The position numbers were made by a program, and so were the translations under genes. Below the pieces are notes generated by a model. That model made no database searches, was not told where the DNA came from, and saw only the letters and a list, made by a program, of their open reading frames with translations. A stretch of 64,000 nucleotides of DNA from Harriotta raleighana (lineage: Eukaryota). Below are positions 36,574 to 47,975 of the stretch, piece by piece (the first letter of the stretch is position 1; every line of letters starts with the position of its first letter). Where the stretch lies: assembly GCA_050575255.1 (NCBI GenBank), contig JBNZDD010013718.1, forward strand, positions 1,496,429 to 1,560,428, in the 5' to 3' direction.

Positions 36574-38504
36574 AATACAGTCAGATAGCTCCCAAACTTT
36601 CAGCCAAGAATTTGATACCTTGGGCTCAGATACCAGAGAGGGTTGTTCCTCCACAACCCCCCCCCCCCTCCCTGTGTGATTTGGTGCCTTCATCAGAAAT
36701 TTTGGTTAGGGAGTAAATTCTACCAAAGTGATGTTTTATTTTCTACCAAATTGACAGAGTAGGTAGTTTAATGGTCTGGTTCTAAAATTCCTTTTTCACC
36801 ACTGTGGGTGTGATGGATCAATAGTTCTGAGGGAGTTTTTAATGGGATGACTTCCAATTTTGTACAAAGCAAATTTGCATTGCTTTTGCATGGTGTGATC
36901 TAATTATGACGACTTTTTTCCTGGCAGTTTTCTTTGAATGCAACCTTCCACTTCCTCCCTCTCTCTCTCTCTCATACGCACGCATGCACACACACACCCT
37001 TCCCATTAATCAGCTTTCCCTATAATAAATAACCCTTGACAGCACGGATCCATAGACCGTTGGAACAAAACTCCAGAGATAGATGAAAAATAATACAATA
37101 ATGATCCTTGCATTAGATATAGCACCAAATGTTGGCGAGGTGTCTCAAAGCGCCTCACAAGATTTTACTACAGAGTGCAGTGAGTTTATTGGCAGCTGAT
37201 TTGTGTACAGTGATGACTTGCAAAACAGTCATGAAGTACAGTTTATGGCCAACTTTCTCAGCCCCATTTTATGGGGGTGGGTGGGGGGGAAGAAGCAAAG
37301 TTTAAGGTCTTACACTTGTTTTCGTTGCCTGTTGCGTGTGAGGGGAAAGTAACCAATTGGTTAAAAAGCTCTGTACTGTTGTCTGTAGTGTGGTGCATTC
37401 TTACGACAGGTAATATTTCCAACCTTGCTGTGAAAATGGCAAACGAATGGAGCTTTAAGCCAATAGCAACTCCTGCATCGCACTCCTTCCTTCTATGTAA
37501 ATGTCTACACACCAATGTTTTGTTTTCACCGTGTAAAGTTTCCTCCGGGTTCCCACCACTTTGTGTTTTTCCTGCCTTGCTCCCAAAGGGATCCAGTTAG
37601 TATGGAAAAATATTTCCTGGGCAAATGTTTAGCCACTGCTACGCAGGGTTGACAGTTCCTGCTTTTCCTTTGAAAGGATGTTTGTGGGACTGTTTTGTAA
37701 TCAGAGGTCACGTCTACATTTAAGTGGACAATATCATCTGCAGCTCGAAATAGCAGATGAACCATATCTGCAGAATACAGTATTGGCTACTATTGTGTTG
37801 TAGAGGAGGGTGGGAAATATGATTGATTTGTTTCTGTTCTCGGAGTTGTATGTTTTGCTCCTTCTGTTTCACGAGGAAAAAGCATAATAAGTAAACCACG
37901 TAGCCTTTAGCCACCCTGCAACTTGTGTTACAATGTAGATCAGGATACATACTATTGCGCAGATGACGTACATCAAACTCTTGTTTGGTTGTGATACATT
38001 TAGGAATGGTGATGGGGGTTCTGCTTGTCAGACACCCGTCTGACCAAAAATAATTCCTCCATAGATTAACGTGGATTAAAAATAATTAATCATGAATTCA
38101 AATGTGACTGGTGAGGTGTGAGACTTGCCGTCGTCTGGTGAATGGGTCTCCAGTTTATCTGTTTTTCAACAACAACAACTTTGATTTACATAGTGCCCTC
38201 CACACGTCTCAGAGTGCTTCACAATAACAATAATGTATCCCGGGGGCGAGCCAGGGGCTGGGGGAGAAAGATGACCAAATCCACGTTAGCCTGCTGATTT
38301 AAAGATCCATTTTTGTGAGAACTTCTAAAGCTCTTTGTAGAAGCTGCTGGTTCTTCCAACCAATAGTGCCACGACTGTGCCATGTCCACACTAACTGGCT
38401 TGATAGAAAGTTGCCTTAATGATGGCGAATTAACTTTATTGATCTACAGAGACAGAAATCCTTTTTAATAGCAAATAGTTTTATGACTTGTATGCTTAAG
38501 AAAA

Positions 38505-38580
38505 TAAGAATTGCTAGATGAAAGGACCAAGGTCCATCCAGTTTGCCATCCAGTTTGCCTTCCACAATCCTGGTAGTCAT
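38505..38580 (-). mobile_element. Possible CR1-type LINE 3' terminus
   Basis: ataagaattgctagatgaaaggaccaaggtccatccagtttgcc resembles an inverted CR1 3' end. Confidence 0.35.
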
Positions 38581-39360
38581 ATGTATCCCAACATTATTTC
38601 CTGAAAGAAATCGAATTATATCGTAATTTGCTTCTGTTCATGATTCCTTTTACATTTTCTCTTCCACCCTTTTTCTTTCCCAGTCATTTTAACCCAAATT
38701 GACTCAGTGTCTGCTTGCATGTCAAGACATGTCTTGCTCTGTTGAACAAGTTGCTCCATTCGTTAACCTCGCTTTAGGAAATACAATGTTGAAGTTGCTG
38801 CTTGTTTGTTAAAAGAAATGAGTACGTAGAGGGCGAGTCATATTTTTTATTACCTGATTGGATGGTTTAGATTTGCTATTTAAGTTTTTTTCTTTCAGTA
38901 TAAATATTTGTTCAAGTATCCACATTTGGATATTGTACTCTCAAAATTAAGTTAATTGTGACTTTTTTAGCTCCAGGTTGAATCTGTGATAAACCTTCTA
39001 TATGCCTTTTCATCTGGAAGAGGGATTGAATTGAATGTGAGATTCCATCATGGGGGAGAAATGTTTCATTGCATGAGGAAAAAAAACAGGCGCTAATTCC
39101 TTGTGATGTGTACCAGAATATATTGCATCCTAACTGCCCTTTTCTGAGAAATCGTACTTGGAAAACATGTTTTCCTCATCTCAGTGTTATTGGGAGAAAT
39201 TATTCTTCCTGCGCCAATTGATAGGAAGGAGATTAGAGAGAAAAGGGTGAAATTAGTTCTGTAAGATTTTGTTGCGGTCACATGCTAATTTCAACACTGC
39301 AGAGCACCGTTGAATCCTATTTGATTGCTAGATTTTTATAATTATTTTACTTATAAAAGT

Positions 39361-39615
39361 CAGGGCAAAACCTTGGGTAAATTTCCTTACTCCACACACA
39401 CGCCTTATAATAATCTGTCCAAAAAAAACCTATAATAAAATTGGTCATTTTAACCCACGACTGTTTGTGGGGGACACTGCTGTGCACAATTGGCTGCCGT
39501 GTTGTGCTCTCCCACAAATATACAGTCAATTCACTTTACAGTACAATCTGTGAAGCGCTTTGAGATGTCTAGAAGACATGAAAAGTGTTATATCAAATGC
39601 AAGGATTATTATTAT
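39361..39615 (+). mobile_element. Same SINE family, 5'-truncated
   Basis: cagggcaaaaccttggg... through to the (ATT)n tail. Confidence 0.9.
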
Positions 39616-39821
39616 CCGTGTTGCAAATGATGCAGGTGAGAAGTCTGATGGACTTTTTGTATGTGAGCTAGAGCTTATGGATGGTAGAACTGGGTAGACT
39701 GACTAGGACTGTTTGAGGAGTCGGGAGGTTACAAAGGCATGACTGAAGTTTTCAGTGGCATTTCATATAAGCTGTGGAGGATCACCAGAACTATGCAACC
39801 TGAAACCTTTAAACTGTATTA

Positions 39822-40422
39822 CAATAAAAGCCCGTTTATCTGACACCCGCAGGACCCGGCCAATGCTGGTCAAATGGCTTGCTGGTTGAACGGTCGGATC
39901 TGAAGCTGTAAACCCAACACAAAAAAATTAACTTATTTTAACACATACCATATTAATAATAGATTAAATAATAACAGAATATTGTATGGGTACTTTATTG
40001 TAAATATTGTACACTGTACCATATAAATAATAGACTAAATACAGTAATAACAGATACTGTAATAACAGAATACTGTATGGGTACTTTATTGTAAATGTTT
40101 TACACTGTTCCATAAATAATAGACTAAATACACTAATAATAGATACTGTAATAACAGAATATTGTATTAGTACTTTATTAATTATGCTTAACTTCTGCAA
40201 TGGCGGCCGCCACGGGAGGAAAAGAAACGGCAATGCGACTTCAAGGCTCTGCTCGCGGCAAGAGGAAATACCTGTACAGTACTCTCAGCAACAATCGTTT
40301 CATTAAATGCGCCACTGCTATTCTGCTGGATAACTTCCTAATCAGATGGGGAATATTTTTTTGACGTGCCCGTTATACAGAAGTTCCATTTCATCGAGTC
40401 ATGGATAAACAGGCTTTTACTG
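39822..40422. mobile_element. Tc1/mariner (pogo/Tigger-like) MITE, copy 1
   Basis: TA|CAATAAAAGCCCGTTTATC ... GATAAACAGGCTTTTACTG|TA: 19-bp TIRs and TA TSD. Internal ~90-bp AT-rich tandem duplication at 39971-40180. Confidence 0.88.
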
Positions 40423-42292
40423 TATTACTACGTTTTGTCATGTTGGAAATTATTTATACAGTTGATTCCTATTCAAGTCTGCTTCCACTGTTTGGGGTAA
40501 AATTCAGAAAACAATATCAAGGGATATTGGATTTATCTGAAAAGCAAATAAATTACTGCAAAACTGAATACAGTTTCAGGCAAAGAATTCAACAATTGGA
40601 TGCCCACTCGTTATATCAATTTTTTTTAGTTTACAATGGATTTATTGTTAATGAATCTTGGAGTTTCAACTGATCAAAGGAAGAGTTATTTCTCTTCTTA
40701 GAAAACAGCTAATTTCCTTGCATTGTGATAGTTCAGTCATCACCTATTTGGTAAATTTAATATGTTCTGTATTTATCAAGGTTTAGAATTTTATTACAAA
40801 TCTGGAATGTCTAGTTTTGCTCAGGTGACTCCAGGCTCCCTTTCACATGATGTTCAGAGAAACCTCACCATTGGAGCTGAGAGAGCCGATGAGCTTTTCC
40901 CAGGCTTCGGTGATCCTACAGACGGCGTGATACCAGCCCCATTGGTAACTTTTGTCCAAATTATCTTCAATAGAAAGAATAACTATTTGTCAGTGGAGGG
41001 TTTTTGACTTGGCCCCAGGTGATGATATGTATGAAAGGTCAGTCCAGGTTGAAAATGTGTTTTTCAAAATTGTTTGGCATTGAGACAAGTCTATAGTAAA
41101 TTGAATTAATCTCATACAGCAGGGTTTCCAAACGCCATGTGTGCGATTGTTATTTCAGAGATGACCCACCCAACTTTCTGCTTGGGTGTATCCGCTAGAG
41201 CTATCTGTATAGCCTCTCCAGACTTTAGTTTTCTACATGTAAACGTTTTTCTCCCTCCCCACCCATTTCCCATATTTCTTGTCAGTGGCCACTTGGGCCA
41301 GAAGGGAATTGGGTCAGGCTCTTTTGCCTTTTTAAGCGTTGACTTTGGCAGGTGTGGAAATGGATTTCCATCAGTGAGCAGTTTAAGATTGAAATGCCTT
41401 CTGAAGACTGCTTCATGAGTGCTGAGTTTATCTTGTGTGAGGCAAGTGGCACAGTGTCTGTGTTTAAATTCATTAGATGGCAATGGAGAATTTATTTTTA
41501 AAGTGACAATTTTAAAAACCTATTAACCTGAGTTAAAATATAGATGATATGGTGGAACTTTCCTTCACACCAGTGAGTCACTCTAGAAATTGGGGGTGGA
41601 GAGCAGAGCTCATGAATATAGAAAACTGCATGCTTCCAGTATGGATCGTTGCTTTTTAAAAAAAACATACTTGGCATATCCAGGAAGCAATACGCCATCT
41701 TGCCTGGGCTGGACTGTATTTGTAGGCTTAGATGCTTCTGTCTATAAATTATTTTACTTCAAAATTAGTTGATTTGGTAATATGGGGGAGCAAATAGTGA
41801 GTTTGCAGGTTATCCTGTCTCGGCGGCATCTTCAGGTATGCTTGGGTAAGAAATTGGTGATGTGTTGAAGTATTAGGCTTGGCTATTGTGCCCTGTACAA
41901 TTGCATGGTTTACTGACCCTTGCTGTCATACATGGAAGAATGGCCAGCATGGGGCAATGCCTTAAGGTGGAATCTCTATATAATTGTTTTTCCCTAATTG
42001 ACGTCAGTGATGACAGAAAAATGTGCCGCTCTCTTATCGGAGAGTATTTCTAGCTTTCATCTCACAGTTAATAGTCCTCATAACCCTTTGTGAAAGGGGA
42101 AATTGAGAGGGATGACTTGTCAGAGATTGTGTGGAATGGTGGGTTTTGAATATGTAAATGAACTTTTTGCAGCTATTCCATTTTTGGTGTATGGCAATCC
42201 AGCTTCCTTTTTGTTTTGGAAATGACCACAGTTTGCTGTTTTTTTTAAATGGTTTATTTTTGATGGTAGCCCAATTCAGCTTGGAGAGTATT

Positions 42293-42602
42293 AATAATAG
42301 CAATGATCCTTGCATTTGATGCAGTGCTTTTTATGTTTTTAGACTTCTCACCAAAGTGTTCACAGAATATACTGCAAAGTGACTGTACATTTTGTGGGTG
42401 AATCGCGACAGCCAAATTGCGCACAGCAGTGTCCCACAAACAGTCGTGGATTGAAATAACCAATTTATTATTATTTTGTGGAGGGGATTATTATCAGGTC
42501 TGTGGTGTAAGGAAACTTGCCCAAGGTTTCGCCCTGCCGGGAATCATACCTGGGTCTCTCACTTGCAAGGCGAGTGCTCTAACCACTGAGCTATAGGACT
42601 CC
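42293..42602 (-). mobile_element. Same SINE family, full length
   Basis: Reverse-complement head ...cttgcaaggcgagtgctctaaccactgagctataggactcc (tRNA-Ala(TGC)-like anticodon loop), plus body and tail. Confidence 0.92.
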
Positions 42603-43179
42603 ACAACCGTAATATAGGTTGTTAAGTGACATTGTATGGATATAATGAGGTTGTATCATTGTTCAAGCAATAGATTTAGCCATCAATCTCTGCACGCGTG
42701 ACATCACAACAAAACCACTGACTGTCCTGCTCCCTAACAGCTGGAGTCCCCAGCTAAGCTGTACTCAGCAATTAGATGTGGAATGCCCATCTGTTTCTAT
42801 TGCCAAGAGCTGGATGTTGTACAATGGTGAATGTTTACTTGGGAAATCTGGTTTTGTTTTGCTTAATTTGGGGGTTAAAAAAAACCTATCCATTGCTACT
42901 TGCACATTCAGGAATTACATTTTTAGAAGTTAGGAAACTGATTACTATGATGGCTATGCTCACCTAGTCATCATTTCCTGATTGTGGGTCTGTCCAGGCA
43001 TTGGGTGTAATAGGCTGTGGAGTCATCACCACAGACACTAACCCTCCACATGCAAACTGACTCAATTTCTTGATAACATGTGGATCTCCATTTCACCCTG
43101 TTTTCCTGCCCAAGGGTAATTTTATACTCATTCTACTTAGAGTCAGACCAGCTGTAAAAGGATCTATTCACCTGAATTC

Positions 43180-43378
43180 TTGCCCATCTGGCTTCCCATC
43201 ACAAAGAGGATTCAGTTCAAGATCCTCACCTTCAAAGCCTTGCTTGATCTCCCAACCCCACCCCACCTCTGTGACCTCCTAACCCCCTACCAACCTGTCT
43301 GTTCCCGCCACTCAGTGGGCTTCGGCCTGCTACACGTCGTCCGCTTCACCATCAGCGGGCAAGCCTTCAGTCTCTTCC
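43180..43378 (+). mobile_element. L2 LINE ORF2 C-terminal fragment
   Basis: WLPITKRIQFKILTFKALLDLPTPPHLCDLLTPYQP...GLLHV...GQAFSL matches the L2 motif LHWLPxxxRIxFKILLLTFKAL..APxYLxDLL. Confidence 0.85.
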
Positions 43379-43614
43379 CCCCTTTCCTACTCTCCTTGTG
43401 GAGAGTTGCAGTGGAATACAACAAATATGATTTTGTTATATTCCACTGCCATTCATTGGATCTGGAAAAGAGCATTAATTGTTTAATTGGTGCACTTTAT
43501 TTAAAAGTAGGTTGTTAATGCTTTGCAAATTTTCAATTTAATGCTTGTTGTTGGAAAATGCAAATTGTGGTAATTTTTGGCACTTATATTGAAGTAACAC
43601 AGAAAATGATTTTA

Positions 43615-44115
43615 CAGTAAAAGCCCATTTATGTATGATTCAATCAACTGGAACTTCCGTATAACAGGCATGTCAAAAAAAGTCCCCATCCGATTAATCG
43701 GATGTTATCCGACACAATAGCGGTAGCACATTTAATAAATCGTTTGTCGCACGAGAGTACTGTATAGGTATTTTGGCTTGTCACTAGTAGAGCCTTAAAG
43801 TCGCGCTGCCATTTTTTTTCCACCCATTGCAGAAGCTAGGTATAAATAATAAAGTATTAATACAATATTCTGTTATTACAATATATGTTATTACTGTACT
43901 TAGTCTTATTTATATGGTACCGTGTACAACATTTACAATAAAGTACCCATACAATATTCTGTTATTATTTAGTCTATTATTAATATGATATGTGTTAAAA
44001 TAAGATTAAAAAATTTGGGTTGGGTTTTTGGCGTCGGATCCGATCGTTTAACCAGCAAGCCATTTAACCGGCATTGGCCACGACTCGCAGGTGCCGGATA
44101 AACGGTCTTTTACTG
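43615..44115. mobile_element. Same MITE family, copy 2, opposite orientation
   Basis: TA|CAGTAAAAGCCCATTTAT ... GATAAACGGTCTTTTACTG|TA. The interior is the reverse complement of copy 1, with one fewer 90-bp unit. Confidence 0.88.
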
Positions 44116-44647
44116 TATTTACGATTTCTACTAAAACATTATATGTAATGTATTGAAGGATACGTGATGAAATTGTAAGAAACTATGTCCCGTAGCTATT
44201 TGTTATTATACTGCAGTTTAAAGTAGATTTCAATACAAACTATATTGCTGTAAGGGTGCACATTGGTTATGGTGGTGTTGAACAGCTGTTGCTTTTAATA
44301 TTTTCTGGAAACTATTTAGTGGAAATGAAATCTTGTACAATATAAAATTAATCTTCTCTAGGCCATGTAATGTTGTGGAGAACTCAGATGAGTAGATTTC
44401 TTCTTCCATTTCTTGTAATTCAGTGAAAACTTTTCCCACCCACTCCCCAATGACTTACATTAATTTGTGCTTCATATGTTCAAGTGTATTTTGAGAAATT
44501 AAATATAATCATATAATAATTGATAGCAATTAATATTTAGTTTATGTTCTGTTAATGATATGTAAAGTCTTTCACAATTAACTAATATTATACAGTTACA
44601 AGAGTGACTTCAGGACACTGTAAACAGTCATTATTTTAATAAAAAAT

Positions 44648-44920
44648 GATCCTTGCATTTGATATAGTGTCTTTCAAGGTGTGAGGTGCCTCAAAGTGCT
44701 TCTTCATTGGAATTCATTATTATGTCCCATAAATAGCCATGTAGCAAATTACCAATTTTATTGGGGAATGTCTGGCCAGGAAACTGGGAGAAACTCCCTA
44801 CTCCTTCGAGTAGTGCCATTGGATACGGAATGTTAACCCAATCAGGCAGAGAGAACTTGTATCTCATAATATCGCATCTGAAGGACCTACGACAATGCAG
44901 AGCACCAGCTATATTCATGG
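44648..44920 (-). mobile_element. Old DeuSINE-like fragment
   Basis: tggccaggaaactgggagaaactccctactccttcgagtagtgccattggat... is the reverse complement of the Deu domain, with a tail fragment at 44648-44704. Confidence 0.65.
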
Positions 44921-47070
44921 CTACCCACAACCCGACAGACAGTGTCTGAAATCTAACGACTGAAGCAAGATGTGGGGAAATAAAAATTGCTGTTGATTGT
45001 GGTCAGTTCTGGTGATATGAGCGCAGCATTGCTAACATTTAAACTAAGGTGGGTCCTTCCTGTGACAATCGTAGGATATGTTGTGTAATTTGTGTAACTT
45101 CCCTTGAGGGGTTTGTGTGGCGATTTTTGAGAATTCATGGCATTCCTTGAATTATTTCGTAACACAAATATCAATCCATTCCTGAGAATAATAAAATAAC
45201 TTTCATCGTGCACACAGAATATATACACCTAGTGTGTATTTTACACTCTATACAGGTTATTATTTCAATGGCATGTTATCTGTGGTGTGTTCATGTATAA
45301 ACTGTGAGAGAGGAGTGAGAAAGTGAATTTGATATATTCAAACTCAATCCTCTTATCTGATAATATCAGGAGAGCAGGGATCATTAAGTCATGACCATCA
45401 CTGTACTTCGTATCCAAACCAAACAGAGTTCTATACATCCCACCTACACATAGAAATTTATGTGTATTGGAATGGAATGCGCACTCTCCTTAGAGAGATG
45501 CATCTTGCTTATCTAATTCTAGAGAGTACGAGGTGCAGGCTGCAAAGAGATGAGGCTTGGGGAACCCAGAGAGTGCATTGTGGTACTGCTGGGGTTTCAT
45601 CAGCTAAAATGGACTAACTTGTCATTGAAAGGGCTGTCTGGCTAGCTTTCCCGTTGCTTGTCCAGGACGATGCCATCTATATAGGACTTTGTCTCGCAGG
45701 GTTAATGAGGATTGATATGATCAGAACTTGTGTGTAGGAACTTGTTGATGGCAACCTTGTAATCTGGAAATCGGTCATTTTTTCCCTTTTTTTGTGTAGC
45801 CTCAGAGCTATTGATCAAGAGGGCTGTTACCTTGATGTTTCTCTTAATAGTTCACAATATATAGCGGTGATAGTAGCCAACGGTATGGAGGTTTAAATTC
45901 TTTAGAAGATCTAGATGTTTCACAAATTGGTTATAGGGATTGTATTCTGTGGCAGTACCATTAGTGTCTTATGTATAGATTTTACAATTACAATATGCCT
46001 TAGGTGCAGTAGTTCAAATGCAGAACTAACATCTTTTGCTAAATCTTGGAGCATTTTCATCCATGAAAAGCTCTGAAATTGCTTTTTTGTTTAATTCCTT
46101 TCTCCACAAATGCAAATATAAATATAGTTTCATGCAAAGGTGAAGCGTAAAACTACTGTACTTGTGATTACAACAACAAAATTACATTTATAGAGCGCCT
46201 TTCACGTCAAGAGGACTGGTACTACTGGGATTAGCCAAGTAACAAAATATCTGATAGTTTAAAAAGGAAATTAAGATAACCAGTCTTGTTATATACTAAA
46301 AGTTTGAACATACAGTATTTGACTACCCACATAAACTGTTTAGTAAAGAGAGTTGTTGGAAGTATAATATTCTAAATTATTTGCTTGATAAAGCTCCATG
46401 GAATTCAATATATAAATGTCCCATCCAGTGAAGCATTTCTATTTTCCATTTCATCAGTTTCAATAGATCAATTGGAATTAATCAAATTATTGTTTCATGT
46501 GAAGAACTATTCTCAATCACTCAATATTCACACAAGCCTGGACTAAAGTTTTGTCTCTAAATAAATGGAAAACATTTTTAAATGATCCTTTATTTTCTTT
46601 GTGATTTGTATTTTTGCTTCCCTATTAATTCCTCTCTTCCCAACTGAGATTAATAATAATAATCCTTGCATTTAAATAGCACTTTTTACGTCTTCTAGAT
46701 GTCTCAAAGGGCTTCACAGAATATACCGTGAAATGAATTGACTTTATATTTTTGGGCGAAAGATTCCCCAGTCTTTTCAGGTGCTAACTAACTATTTATG
46801 AATTTAATTACAGTGAGACTGCTGATCGATCAGATGTGATGGGTTCAGAAAGCGGAACGTATAGTTACAGAGAGCATCTGGCAGTGTTTTGAGAACCAGG
46901 CAGGCAAATGAGGCAGAAGCTAAATCTAGGGGTACAAAAACCAACTAGAATTGAATGGATGGGTTTGATTATTTGGAGATTGCAATTCTCTTTCTAGAAA
47001 GACACACAGGCTGAGTGAGTTACTGTTTTCCACAAGATTGTCATCAGCAAAGCAGAATAACTTCTCTTCT

Positions 47071-47492
47071 GTCATCTTAGATCAATGATAGTGCTCGCGT
47101 TTCTGAATCAGAAGATTGTGGGTTCAAATCCCACATCTGAAAGTCAACTCACATAGACTTACTGTTGGAGTATCACTGTAGTGCTAAGGGAAGTGGTATT
47201 GTTAGAGATGCTGTCCAATCCGATGACAAATTAAACTGAGTTCCCATCTTCTGTTCAGGTGGATATTAAAGGTTCCATGGCACAATTCAAAAAGAGAATG
47301 GAGTTTTTCCTGGTGTTATGGCCAATAATCCACCAAATAAGATTAGTCATTTGTTTCACGGCTGTTTGTAGGACATTACTATGCACTTTTGGTCTGATGT
47401 ATTTGCCTTCATATACGCAGTTAGTCCATTTCACAGTAATTCCTTTGAAGTGCTTTGAGATGTTCTTCCTACATGTTTAGGCACTACAAATG
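47071..47492 (+). mobile_element. Old DeuSINE-like element (tRNA head, Deu domain, L2-like tail)
   Basis: B box GGTTCAAATCC, then gatgacaaattaaactgagttcccatct...caggtggatattaaaggttccatggcacaattcaaaaagagaatggagtttttcctggtgttatggccaata. This is collinear with the Deu-domain consensus as I recall it (AmnSINE1/SacSINE1/SINE3 group). Confidence 0.75.
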
Positions 47493-47824
47493 TTTCCCAA
47501 ACTGACTCGTAACTGCTCAGTGCATTGAAATCAATTGTATGAATTCAGTGGCAACATGTTTTGGACTCAAATTTGGGCTCTTTTGCTCTTGCACCAGGAG
47601 TTTAAATGTAAGTAAGCTAGAACCTCATTGTCACAATGTCCCGTTGGCCTCATTTTATTTATACATATATATATATTATTTTTAAAAAGCTTGATGTTCT
47701 GACGAGAAGACAGTAGAGTGAATGTTCTAGAAGGATGAGATGAAATGGGCCACAGGGCCACCTTCGTCCAAACCAATCATCTTACCTTGTGAACTGTGTA
47801 TCTGACATTTAATTCTGTTTTCAG

Positions 47825-47975
47825 GACAATATGGAAACCCTCTGAACAAATACATCCGGCATTATGAAGGTTTATCATACGACACGGATGTCTTGCATCA
47901 GAAACACCAACGTGCCAAGAGGTCCATTTCCCACGATGACCAATTTGTTCATTTGGACTTTCACGCACATGGCAG
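47825..47975 (+). CDS. ADAM10: ADAM10 exon 2 (prodomain N-terminus; not in ORF track)
   Basis: Hand-translated: ttctgttttcag|(G)[49 protein letters not shown](R)|gtgcgt. 151 nt and near-identical to recalled ADAM10, including the RAKR convertase site. Confidence 0.97.

Noticed and set aside
39971-40180. Regularly spaced repeats (CRISPR-like at first glance)
   Set aside because: Contiguous ~90-bp tandem units with no unique spacers, inside a MITE in a eukaryotic intron.
41112-41483. Minus ORF containing RRHFNLK, resembling the ADAM10 exon 3 start (RHFNLR)
   Set aside because: Wrong strand, upstream of exon 2, and the similarity does not extend; chance match.
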